Notes: a model not told the origin generated them from the sequence alone. A stretch of DNA of 62,864 bases, filler included, from Octopus bimaculoides (GCF_001194135.2; 6 parts of 6 records of this genome joined end to end with filler, not necessarily neighbours in it), one strand, 5' to 3'; numbered from the whole stretch's first letter, positions 1 to 11,948 are shown. Translations and numbers: made by a program.

Positions 1-146
1 AGCTCCAAGGGGCAGAAGCCATAATGTAAGCGGTGGAAAAAGAGTACAGAGAGGAGACAGCACACCTGCAGGCCAAAGACTGGAGTGTGTTTGTGGGTGA
101 CCTTATGGTAATCAGTTGGATGGCTCTTTTCTGGCTGCGGTCTAAG
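1..146 (-). mobile_element. Non-LTR retrotransposon (CR1/Jockey-group-like) ORF2 C-terminal remnant
   Basis: Manual minus-strand translation LDRSQKRAIQLI...NTLQSLACRCAVSSLYSF resembles the LDRIQKRAIRLI...LQSLAHRRAVSSL region downstream of RT; truncated at window edge. Confidence 0.55.
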
Positions 147-602
147 ATGTGTCTATGAGTGCGTGCGTGCGTGCGTGCGTGCGTGCGTGTGTGTGTGTGT
201 GTGTGTATGTGTGTGTGTGTGTTCGTGTGTGTGATTGGAACTTTAGTTTATCAATTCCAGAGAGATGAAAGGCAAAATCTTGTACTACAATTCCATTCTT
301 ATCTAGGACCCTTTACATCCGCCTAACCCTGGGGATAATTACTCACACACCGATGATGTTTACCAATTGATGACCATCCACCACTAATTATAATCATCTA
401 TCTGCCAATATTGATAACTGTCAAAAAAATCCTTAAGCATGTTCAGATATACCAAATGAAATCCATATAATATATTTTGCTGTAGTTTAGTCTTAAGTTG
501 ATCTTGTTCGAGAACACGAAGAGTCAAAAGCATTCCAACTGCGACCATCCTATTTATATTTTCCTGGTATAACGTACCTAGAACTACATTATCTAATATA
601 CT

Positions 603-1032
603 TCTCTACTCTTGGCACAAGGTCCGAAGTCTTTGGAGGGGGATCCAGTCGATTAGATCGACCCCTGTGCGTAACTGGTACTTATTTAATCGACACCGAA
701 AGGATGAAAGGCAAAGTCGACCTCGGCGGAATTTGAACTCAGAACGTAAAGACAGACGAAATACCGCTAAGCATTTCGCCCGGTGTGCTAACGTTTCTTA
801 TTTCTTTACTGCCCACAAGAGGCTACACACAGAGGGGACAAACAAGGACAGACAAACGGATTAAGTCGATTACATCGACCCCTGTGCGTAACTGGTACTT
901 ATTTAATCGACCCCGAAAGGATAAAAGTCAAAGTCGACCTCGGCGGAATTTGAACTCAGAACGTAGCGGCAGACGAAATACCGCAAAGCATTTCGCCCGG
1001 TATGCTAACGTTTCTGCCAGCTCGCCGCCTTT
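603..1032 (-). mobile_element. Dimeric tRNA-derived SINE (family A)
   Basis: Two near-identical ~150-bp units (648-797, 866-1015), each with B-box GAGTTCAAATTCC in minus sense, joined by a ~68-bp linker; family A 3' end at ~603-645. Confidence 0.85.
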
Positions 1033-1069
1033 ACGTTATCTTATATAATCCGCTCCAAGAACGAAGAGT

Positions 1070-1197
1070 GTGATTTGAGGGAGAGTTGGTTTATATTTCT
1101 TGCAAATCAAGCGACCACGTAGAAGGTGAGTAATTAGGGCACTTCTACGTGGCCATTCGACCCGATTGAAATAATAGCCAAGTCTCGCTCAAATCAC
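1070..1197. mobile_element. Palindromic MITE-like element
   Basis: Terminal IR GTGATTTGAG/CTCAAATCAC extends imperfectly ~30 bp; inner IR CCACGTAGAAG/CTTCTACGTGG; half copies near 17325 and 18030. Confidence 0.55.
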
Positions 1198-1834
1198 TGC
1201 TTTCAATAATGTGGATGTGGGTCCACTGCTTATGAGAAACAGAGGGAACAGTTACGGCAGGAATACATTGATTCACAGCTCAATGAAAATCCGACCTGAG
1301 GTTAAACAACAACAACAACAACAACAACAGCAGCAGCAGCAGTAGCAGCAGCACTACACCATGCACAGGTTTCCACGTAGAAGCATTTTTAAACGTTGTC
1401 TGGAAACTAGCTTGTTTTATGAGTTTGCTAACGTGAAATTTACGAATTGACATACACATATATATCTATCCGATGAAAGATAATACAGAGAAGAGGAGAG
1501 CAATTGAATGCGAAGCTCGTAAAATATAGCAACACAACAGATGCCAGCTGGCATGAATTGTGAAAGAAATAAACACTAAGGTTTGTAAAGACCGGGGGAT
1601 TGGGTGGCTGTAAGCCAATAAAATAGATATATGGTTGAAAGTAGAATGAATCATTAGATGTAGACCAACCGCTAGGTGTACAGTGCAGTGGAAAAGATGT
1701 TGAGCAGCAAATGTCGGCAATAAAATAGAAACATGTCTGGAGTTGTCTCCCGTACCTGCCTGCTCTATGTATTCAAGTGTTACGCTTTCAACGATCTTAG
1801 CTATGAAACGAAATAATTGACATTTTCGCTATCT

Positions 1835-2030
1835 TTTACATGTTACTTGCTTCAGTTATTGGACTTCGGCCATGCTGGGGCATTGCCTTGAAGGGTTTTA
1901 GTCGAACAAATCAACCTCAGTACATTTTTTTGTGTGTGTTTTAAGCTTGGAACTTATTCTATCGGTCTCTTATGCCAAATCTATAAGTTAGGGGGACGTA
2001 AACAAACTAACACCTGTTGACAAGTGGGGA
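1835..2030 (-). mobile_element. SINE family B, 3' portion
   Basis: Matches reverse complement of the tail of the full copy at 9572-9962. Confidence 0.7.
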
Positions 2031-2052
2031 TGGTGGAAAACAAAAGATACCC

Positions 2053-2127
<75 letters not shown>

Positions 2128-3669
2128 AATGGCGAGCTTCTTTCAGTTTTCGTCGATTGAGACATTGTTATGGACACCTATAAAGAGGAATTTGAACATT
2201 CAAAAAAGTGGAATTTTTACAAATCCCGCAAGTTAAAACAATATTTGTCAATGGTAAATATTATTTCTCAGCACATAATCATGAACATTTTACCTGCTTT
2301 TTAAGGTTGACTGTGTTAAATATGCTGCTACAGATTTAACTATTTGGCTGTCTATATATTGTCACAATCATTGGTTAACATGCAGTTTAAAGTCGTAAAA
2401 AAAGTGAAAGTAAATTGTCCTTGAAAAAATAAAAGTAAATTGCAATAGAAGCCATATGCGAAGATCATTTCGTTAGTCTCTTACCCACCTGTACGTTGGA
2501 TGAATTACGCTGTGTAACAAAGTTTTCATTTATTTATTGTTTGGGTCTTCAATCAGTAAGTATTATTTCTTATTTGTTGCTATCTAAAAATCAAAGGAAA
2601 TGTCTACTATTTCCTTCACACTTTACTTTTGATGTTTTGAAACTAAATTATTTTCAGACAGATTCAGCGCTGAATTGCTGAAACAGAAATATCATTATAG
2701 GAATTATTCTACTCAATACCACAGATTTGCTTGTCAGTTGCTTGACCTTAGCCACTTGAGCAGGTCCCTTAGTGGCTGACAATATGTACATCTCTGATCA
2801 TGAGCAGGAGTAGTAGGGGAGCATCATAGCCATGTGTTGAGAAGGATTCTTTGGGGTTTGAATAAATGTAACAATAGCAAAGTTAGAAAGTTAGCTTTCT
2901 AAAGTTAGCTATTTTCCATACTTTCTAGAAGGTAAGCAAATAAGAAATAACAGTCGCCACCCAGGAACAAAAATAGCGTCACACAGTTGGTATAGTTAAA
3001 TGGCCCTTCCCAAAAAGGCAATTAGCGTGTATAGTCCGTGTGAATCTATTTGAACAACACTGCTGCTCTCGGCCTCTTCTTTCTCTACAGCTCATTATTT
3101 GTGTGGGATTATTATGCAGGATCATTTTTTGGACAATTTATTTTTCGCTTTTTTACGACTAAACTGCATGTTAACCCAATTATTTCTAGTTACTTCTTTA
3201 CTGCTCCATGTGTATGAAATATGTTAAAACTATCTTAACTACCGTTTCTCTGGGAGGGACTTTATATAATATATAATCTGAACAAGAGTATCATGAATAT
3301 AATATGGACGAAGAAACATTTGTAAATAGATTTGTTGTATTTATTCCTGTCAGCACTCAATGAATATCATAGCATTGTGTTGCATCTACCCACCAAACTA
3401 TTTGTTCGTGACTCTAACGTTAACTAATCTTATATAATAACAGTAATGTAAATAATTGTACAAAACGCATCCTTTTTTTTTGTAGGATAGTCAAAGGAGG
3501 AAGGGCAGCACCCATAGAGGTGTTGGGGATTTCCGTGATTGCTGGAAAGAGGTGTAGTATGTCTTTGCCTTAATTTTAAATCCAAATGTTTTCTTTGCAA
3601 GTAAAGTGTACATCAACAAACAGGATCATTTATTAAAAGAGACATAAATTGCTTTACCGAGAGAAACTC

Positions 3670-3706
<37 letters not shown>

Positions 3707-3720
3707 AAACCCATTACAGA

Positions 3721-3797
3721 AGGTCTAATGTAATTTATAAATGCACCGTCCTATAAATTTATAAATTATATAACCGTCACGTTATACAAATCTACAA

Positions 3798-3864
<67 letters not shown>

Positions 3865-4170
3865 CGATCAATTATGAATTTTAAACAACGATACGCTGTG
3901 CATCTCAATTCTTTTAGATACAAGAAACAGTAAATCCACAACATTCACCAGTCACATACATCATCTCAAAAACAGAAATATTCTCTACATCTTGTCATGG
4001 TCCATAATAGATTCCGGGCTTCCATACCAAGGTCAACGCTCAGCCTGTAAGTTGTGCCTAAAAGAGGCATTCCACATATTAAAACACAACTACTAAATAA
4101 ATATAATGAGGCCCTAGTTACATGCAAACGCCGCTTTTTTCATACCTTCAAATTTTACCACAAATCTAAA
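3721..4170 (+). mobile_element. Penelope-like element GIY-YIG endonuclease remnant
   Basis: Manual translation SNVIYKCTV-[microsatellite]-YIRSIMNFKQRYAVHLNSFR-[frameshift]-STTFTSHIHHLK...WSII...CKLCLKEAFHIL...LNKYNE follows the Penelope GIY-YIG domain pattern. Confidence 0.8.
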
Positions 4171-4350
4171 TGCAACCTAAATAACCACACAGAACATATA
4201 CCAAACACCCCTTAGGTAATCGCCAACAACCCTGTTTGACTTTCCACTAATTTTTTGACTCTCCAATCTTGTTTTAATTGTTTTATACTACATATATGGA
4301 CATGCATATGCGTACGTATGCGGATGTGTGTATATGTATGTATATGTATG

Positions 4351-4381
<31 letters not shown>

Positions 4382-5267
4382 GCGCATGCATGCATGCGTA
4401 CGGGTTTCAATACACAAGTACGCAAGCCTATATAATAGTGCATGCACACAGACATGTATGTACATGCGTGCGCACATGCATATATCGATATACACTTCTT
4501 TCTTTCTCTCTGATTCCTCAACCCACACTATCACATTAGCCAGTAGAATAAACACATAAGTCTATTTATAGAAACTTGACCATTCTTAGTATCTTCCCTT
4601 CCGTTTTGAAGTTTACTACTAACTTTAGACCCCCCCCCCTCCTACACCTTTTTCTGTACCCATCCCTTAGTGCAATTCTAACATATCACCCCACCTCACA
4701 CATATTCATTATTTACATTCTTATCTCTCCTACCCCTCCCCTAATCCACTCCCATTCCCCCTCATAAAATATTGACCACCAGCTAACATTCCTTTTTTCA
4801 CTTTTTTTACTCTTTTTTTCTCATTTCCTCTTCTTCTTTTCATGTTCGCTTCCTCTTTCTTTCTTTCTTTCTTCTTTTCTCACCTTTTGCTTTGACCTCC
4901 CCCCTCATTTTAACATACACATCTCTTCTCCCCTCTCTATCCACTACATTCTCAAATTTTCATTCACACCACAAACCCCCATTGAATGAACAGCATATGG
5001 AATCTACGTCTCCACACTTTCCTTTTGTAATGACAAAATATGAACTCCTAATGGAATTTACATACCACAAACAAGTTGCATTTCTACCACTACTACACAC
5101 CACTTACCTTGGACAATGGAACTGCAACCATAAAATCTTTATATATATATATGTTTTATTTCTACATTCATTCTCTTATTTCCCTACGTACTCCTTATTT
5201 CCTTCCTTTTCCAAAAATAACTCCTTATATTGAACTCTAATATTCCCCTCTATTTAACCAGCTTATA

Positions 5268-5320
5268 TCATCTCTGATGAAGGGATATCCTTAGTATCCT
5301 AGAAACAGCTGTACGACTAA
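5268..5320 (+). ncRNA. Degenerate minimal type I hammerhead-ribozyme-like motif
   Basis: CTGATGA (5274-5280), stem II GGGATA/TATCCT, GAAAC, palindromic AGCT, GTA triplet; stem I only partly paired. Confidence 0.5.
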
Positions 5321-5426
5321 CTTTCTCTTTATAAATGTCCTGAAAATTCTACACAGCCTTGGCTTTGTTGTCTCATTTTATTTAACACATACACCACCCC
5401 ACACACACGCTGCATCCTCTACCCAC

Positions 5427-5460
<34 letters not shown>

Positions 5461-5463
<3 letters not shown>

Positions 5464-6350
5464 TAATATCAGGGTAATAAGAAATTTCTACTACCAGTGG
5501 CCTAGCGTATAAAAAAAATTAGTCAATAGACTATATATTATTCATATAAATACAGTTTACATTTAAAAACATAAGAGGTATCTGTCATAGGATTCCTTGC
5601 ACGCTAGAAGGAACAGCTAAAATCCAAACCACTATTAGGGATAAACTTCGAAGAAAATGAAAAATAAAAACATTTACCATCTATCTCCTGGACCATAGTT
5701 TCAGACTTTTTTTTAGCAAATAAAATAATTTGCTAGGCGAAGTCTTCATCAGCAGGTACACTTAGATTAAACATATAAGCGCGAGGTAATCCAGCATATG
5801 CCCCGTGCTTATACATTCTAATTTTTCAAATCTACCGCGCAAGCGCAGCTCCTTGTCGTCAGTAAATAAAAATGCCGGCGTTTCATTCGAAAATTTTCCA
5901 GAAAAAAATTGTACACTGTATTTATATGAATAATATAGAGTCTATTGACTAAATTCTTTTTACACGCTATGCCACTGGTAGTAGAAATTTCTAATATTTC
6001 TTATTACCCTGATATTGATTATTGATAATTTTTTTTCTGGAAAATTTTCGAATAAAACGCCGGCATTTTTACTTACTGTCGACAAGGATATGATTAATAC
6101 TTAATCATATAAAAGGGAAATGGAAATTAATAAAAATTTTCATTTCCAGTAGCCTAGCGTATAAAAGTTTAGTCCAAAGACTATGAATTACTTATACGGT
6201 ACAGTGTATATTTAAATACATAAGAGGAATCCGAACGTTCCTTTCGGGATTTTATCCCTAATTTTGTGGTTCTAGAACCTAGCTGTTCTTTCTAGCGTAA
6301 GGAATCCCATGAGTTGATTCCTCTTATGTATTTAAATATACACTGTACCT
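5461..6350. repeat. Modular nested inverted-repeat complex
   Basis: IR pairs ~5465-5560/5910-6016, 5850-5910/6027-6087 and perfect 33-bp 6199-6231/6316-6348. Confidence 0.8.
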
Positions 6351-6920
6351 ATACACACACACACACACANNNNNNNNNNNNNNNNNNNNNNNNNNNNNNN
6401 NNNNNNNNNNNNNNNNNNNNNNNNNNNNNNNNNNNNNNNNNNNNNNNNNNNNNNNNNNNNNNNNNNNNNNNNNNNNNNNNNNNNNNNNNNNNNNNNNNNN
6501 NNNNNNNNNNNNNNNNNNNNNNNNNNNNNNNNNNNNNNNNNNNNNNNNNNNNNNNNNNNNNNNNNNNNNNNNNNNNNNNNNNNNNNNNNNNNNNNNNNNN
6601 NNNNNNNNNNNNNNNNNNNNNNNNNNNNNNNNNNNNNNNNNNNNNNNNNNNNNNNNNNNNNNNNNNNNNNNNNNNNNNNNNNNNNNNNNNNNNNNNNNNN
6701 NNNNNNNNNNNNNNNNNNNNNNNNNNNNNNNNNNNNNNNNNNNNNNNNNNNNNNNNNNNNNNNNNNNNNNNNNNNNNNNNNNNNNNNNNNNNNNNNNNNN
6801 NAAAAAAACTCCGGAACCACAGGAATTATCACTAAATTTTAACAGGCTTCGGAGTTTTTTGACTCCTATTTTTAGCGAAGCTGGTGCTTCTTAGTACCCA
6901 AATTATATACATTTTTACTT

Positions 6921-7127
6921 AGGCGGTGAGCTGGCAGAAATGTTAGCACGCCGGGCGAAATGTTTAGGGGTATTTCGTCTGTCTCTGAGTTCAAATTCCG
7001 CCGAGGTTGACTTTGCCTTTCACCCTTTCGGGGTCGATAAATTAAGCACCAGTTGCGTACTGGGGTAGATCTAATCGACTGGGCCCCCGCCCCCAAAATT
7101 TCGGGCCTTGTGCCTAGAGTAGAAAAG
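6921..7127 (+). mobile_element. SINE family A, full-length monomer
   Basis: Head GGCGGTGAGCTGGCAGAA, B-box GAGTTCAAATTCC, end GGCCTTGTGCCTAGAGTAGAAAAG. Confidence 0.85.
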
Positions 7128-8284
7128 TATATATATATTCATTAATTTGTCTATACGGTTTTTATGCTTGCGGCCACAAATATTTCTTATGAATAATTCA
7201 CTTAGTTCGTCTTTTCAATGCGGCTGTGGCCGTCAAACGAGCACAGCTATTGTGAAGCCAATTACCTGTATTGCTACAGGTAAATTTGGCTGAAGAGAAT
7301 CAAGGGATCTTTTTTAAAACGGGGGCCACATTTTTCATTAACGAAACACTTTGAAACTTGGAACACTGGTAGAATGTGTCATATAAAACATCTTTTTCTC
7401 TTATTCTTCTTTAAGAAAAAAGAAATCCCTAAGTTATTCCATGTTAAAGTTGTCGTATTTCTGTAATTTCAACCAATCACTGACGTCCATTCAGCCGATA
7501 TACATTAAGTGCCGACTACATAAACAAACGATTCTGAAACAATTCTATCGGTGATAGGGTTAGGGTTAGGGTTAGGGTAAAACAGCAAATTAAAAAAGAA
7601 NNNNNNNNNNNNNNNNNNNNNNNNNNNNNNNNNNNNNNNNNNNNNNNNNNNNNNNNNNNNNNNNNNNNNNNNNNNNNNNNNNNNNNNNNNNNNNNNNNNN
7701 NNNNNNNNNNNNNNNNNNNNNNNNNNNNNNNNNNNNNNNNNNNNNNNNNNNNNNNNNNNNNNNNNNNNNNNNNNNNNNNNNNNNNNNNNNNNNNNNNNNN
7801 NNNNNNNNNNNNNNNNNNNNNNNNNNNNNNNNNNNNNNNNNNNNNNNNNNNNNNNNNNNNNNNNNNNNNNNNNNNNNNNNNNNNNNNNNNNNNNNNNNNN
7901 NNNNNNNNNNNNNNNNNNNNNNNNNNNNNNNNNNNNNNNNNNNNNNNNNNNNNNNNNNNNNNNNNNNNNNNNNNNNNNNNNNNNNNNNNNNNNNNNNNNN
8001 NNNNNNNNNNNNNNNNNNNNNNNNNNNNNNNNNNNNNNNNNNNNNNNNNNNNNNNNNNNNNNNNNNNNNNNNNNNNNNNAGAGGTAAGGTACAATTGTTA
8101 TTCACTTAGTTTTCTTTTTTCTTTTTTCCACCATGCCTGCAAAAATTTAGTGATAATTCCTGTAGCTTCGGAGATTTTTTGCCCCTCTTTTTAGCAAAGC
8201 TGGTGCTTCTTAGCACTCAAATTATATAAATATATATATATATATGAAGAACTTATTATTTTCAATATATTAATTACCAATAAA

Positions 8285-8480
8285 GCTGCAAGCTAAGCAG
8301 AATCGTAATCACGCTCAGTGGTATTTCGTCCGCCTTTACGTTCTAAGTTCAAATTCCACCGAGGTCGACTTTTCCTTTCATCCTTTCGGGTTCGATAAAA
8401 TAAGTACCAGTTGAGTACTGCGGTCGATTCAACTTACCCCGTCATCCTAAATTGCTGGCTTTGTGCAAGTTTGAAAGCAA
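8285..8480 (+). mobile_element. SINE family A, diverged
   Basis: Collinear with 6921-7127. Confidence 0.75.
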
Positions 8481-8696
8481 TATGTTAAATACTAGTTTTG
8501 TTATAAAATAAATGTTATATCTTAGGAACATCGATTTTTTTCCACAGAAACCACTTTGAGAAATACTGATCTAATGGATAACAGCATTACTGCTCTTAGC
8601 CTTGAAATAAAATTCCTGAATTCTAACACTGTCCGAAACTTACACAGGAATAAAATATTTGATGTCGATGGATCAAACCTATCGAATTAATCTTTC

Positions 8697-9084
8697 GTCT
8701 TTTACTTGTTTCAGTCATTAGACTGTGGCCTTGAAGAGGCTTAGTTGGCGAATCGCCCCCAGTACATATGTTTTATACCTTGTACTTATTCCATCGGTTT
8801 TCCTTACCGAACCGCCAAGTTTCGGGGACGTATACACACCAACACTGGTTATCAAGCGGTGGTGGGGAACAAAGACAGACAGACATACACACAGATAGAT
8901 AGATAGATAGACATAAATACATACATACATATACATGACGGGCTTCTTTCAGTTTCCGTCTTCGAAACCCACTTACAAGTCTTTGGCCGGCCCGAGGCTA
9001 TAATAGAAGACACTTGCCGAAAATGACACGCAATGGAACTGAACTCGGAACCACTGCTTCTCGCCACACAGCCACAGCTGCACC
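8697..9084 (-). mobile_element. SINE family B, near full length
   Basis: Reverse complement of 9572-9962; internal (GATA)n/(CATA)n tract. Confidence 0.8.
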
Positions 9085-9106
9085 TATAATTGTTGGAAGG
9101 TTGTTG

Positions 9107-9149
<43 letters not shown>

Positions 9150-9571
9150 CATTATTTTAAATGTTTAGTCGGGAAAGGAGGTTAGAATAGCGCCTGTGAC
9201 CCCTTTTTTAAGGTTCTCCAAGACAAGTGAATGGAGGTCTGGCTTGAATACCTTCAGTGGCGAACTACGCTAAAAGTACCGAAGGACCAGATGGTAGATT
9301 GGCCGAATTGTTAGATGGTCAAATAAGACATCGTATGGTATTTGTTCCAGCTCCTCACGTTCTGAGTTCTTGGGTGGCAGACTTAATCTATCACCCCCTC
9401 TTACACCACCACCTGGTCCTTGGTTGCAATTAGTGAGGTCCGTTCTCTGACATCTATTCGGATGGTCCAGTCCTTCAGATTTAAGACAACTTCCTTCCTT
9501 TCACCCTGAAAATATAGAACAGGGGAGTTGCCCATCTCTCCTTGAATAAATGGTATCAAAATAAAATATAT

Positions 9572-9962
9572 GGGCGGTGTGGCTGTGTGATAAGAAGCTT
9601 GCTTCCCAACCACATAGTTCTGAGTTCAGTCCTATTGCGTGGCACTTTTGGCAAGTGTCTTCTACTATAGCCTCGAGCCGACCAAAACCTTGTGAGTGGA
9701 TTTGGTTGATGGAAACTGAAAGAAGCCCGTCGTATATACATGTGTGTGTGTCTTTGTATTTGTGTCTGTAACCCCACCACCGCTTGACAACTGGTGTTGG
9801 TGTGTTTACGTCCCCGTAACATAGCAGTTCGGCAAAATAAACTGATGGAAGTATCAGGTTTTGCAAAATTAAGTACTGAGATCGATTCATTCGACTAAAA
9901 ATTCTTCTAGACGGTGCCCCATCGTGGCTGCAATCTAATAACTGAAGCAAGTAAAACATAAA
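9572..9962 (+). mobile_element. SINE family B (tRNA-like head, CORE-like segment, internal microsatellite)
   Basis: Head TGGCTGTGTGATAAG...GAGTTCAGTCC; TTGGCAAGTGTCTT resembles the start of the CORE domain; about ten related copies in window. Confidence 0.85.
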
Positions 9963-9984
9963 TAATAAAAAAATGTTAAATAAA

Positions 9985-10175
9985 AGGCACGCCGAGTAAA
10001 TTACTGAGCGGCATGTTATTCGTCATTACGATCTGAGTTCAAATTCCGCCGAGGTCGACCTTGCCGTTCGTCCTCGTGGGGTCGATGGAATAAGTACCAG
10101 TTGAATACTAGGGTCGGTGTAATCGACTTAACCCCTCCTCGAAATTACTGGTCTTGTGCCAAAATTTGAAACCAA
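9985..10175 (+). mobile_element. SINE family A
   Basis: GAGTTCAAATTCCGCCGAGGTCGAC...GGTCTTGTGCCAAAATTTGAAACC. Confidence 0.75.
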
Positions 10176-11577
10176 TATTAAATAGAAACTACAGCGGGGA
10201 GTGGAAGTATTAGAAATGGAATTTGTAGACAATGATAAAGTGAAATAAGGTGAACGTATAACACAAGGTAACTTTTAGAGGATGCTGTTGTAGCAGAGTA
10301 AAAATAAGTATTTTGGTTTACAGTTTCGGCAATAAAACAGATTCCTACTGTAAGAAAGGATTGAAGAATTTAAACTTGTTATTTGATCCCATCTCTAACG
10401 ATAATAGTTGTGTTACTCGAGGAGTTTCAGGATGAGTAGAACTATAAATCAAAAGGCGTTCTAGCCGTGACTATCATAACTTGCTATAAATCAGGTACTA
10501 CATTGACCAAAATGTCCCTTGACAAACAAAAAATTAATTAATTAAAAAGAAAAGCCAAAGAGAAAGAAACTAAAATTTGAGAATGTTCTGACTATCATTT
10601 CTAGTAAGCTGAGCGACCACATAGACGTTTCCTCATTGGCTCGCCTCCAGCGACATTTTGGGGTTGNNNNNNNNNNNNNNNNNNNNNNNNNNNNNNNNNN
10701 NNNNNNNNNNNNNNNNNNNNNNNNNNNNNNNNNNNNNNNNNNNNNNNNNNNNNNNNNNNNNNNNNNNNNCTTCTTCTTCTTCTTCTTCTTCTTCTTCTTC
10801 TTCTTCTTCTTCTTCACTCACGTGACTAACTTTATCAAGTGGTATTCATGATGAAAATCTTGAGTACAATTTATACATTCAGGAAGGATTAGACCGAGAT
10901 TGAGTTGGAACAACAACACTGCCCAACACCCATCACGTGTTGAAAGCTATATTCTATCTTCACTGATTAATGTTGCTGTTTTTTTCCACAACTCTCTTCT
11001 TTCCTTCTTTCTTTCCAGTATTTTTTTTCCTTTTTTTTTTTTTTATAAATTAAACGTGATGCTATTAGCGGTCAAGAAAGAAAGAAATACACACACACAC
11101 ATACATAAACAAGGTGATTGATGATGATGATGATGATGACGGTGATGATCGTGATGATGACGATGGTGGTGTGATGATGGTGATGATGGTGATGAAGACG
11201 ACGACGGAGATGATGATAAATATTTGTTTAGTCTCAGCATAAGAGTTAACTGCTGATTATATAGGAACTGGAATCTTTCCTTCACAGAAACCCTACACTA
11301 CTCTCCCCCTTCGAACATAAATCGTTCACTTTCTGAGATAACATTGAAATCTTAACTTTAATAAAAGAAATGCCACCAGATTAGAATTACAATTTTCGCT
11401 TGATTTTATATCAAGTTTGAGAAAAAGAACTGTTATTATCAACTTTCTATAAATGGTTCCTAGTGGCTCAACAGAAAACTAATTAAGAGGAAAAGCCAAC
11501 AAACGAACCATTATGCGGTCGTTCCATATGCTAAAAAGAACAGCTAAATCTCCCTTAACGTGTATGTGTGTGTGATG

Positions 11578-11902
11578 TGAATGCACGTGGCTAATTGGTT
11601 AGGGTATTCTGCTCTTAATTGTAAGGTCGTGAGTTCGATACTCGGAGGCGTGTTGTGTCCTTGAGCAACACAGTTCATTTCTCGTTGCTTGAGTCCAAAC
11701 TCGGCTGGCAAAAATGAGTACGTAGTACGTGTGTTTCAATGAGCCAGTCCTGTCACATTCTGTGTCACGCTGAATCTCCTCGGGAACTACATTAAGGGTA
11801 CGCGTGACTGTGGAGTACTCAGCCACTTGCACGTTGATTCCACGAGCAGGCTTTTCTGTTGATCGGATCAACGTGAACTCAGGTCATCGTAACCGACAGA
11901 GT

Positions 11903-11905
<3 letters not shown>
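11578..11905 (+). mobile_element. SINE family C
   Basis: tRNA-like head with GAGTTCGATAC; body collinear with 32921-33315. Confidence 0.8.

Positions 11906-11948
<43 letters not shown>

Noticed and set aside
648-1015. CRISPR-like or functional direct repeats
   Set aside because: Two SINE units; no repeat-spacer periodicity and a eukaryotic context
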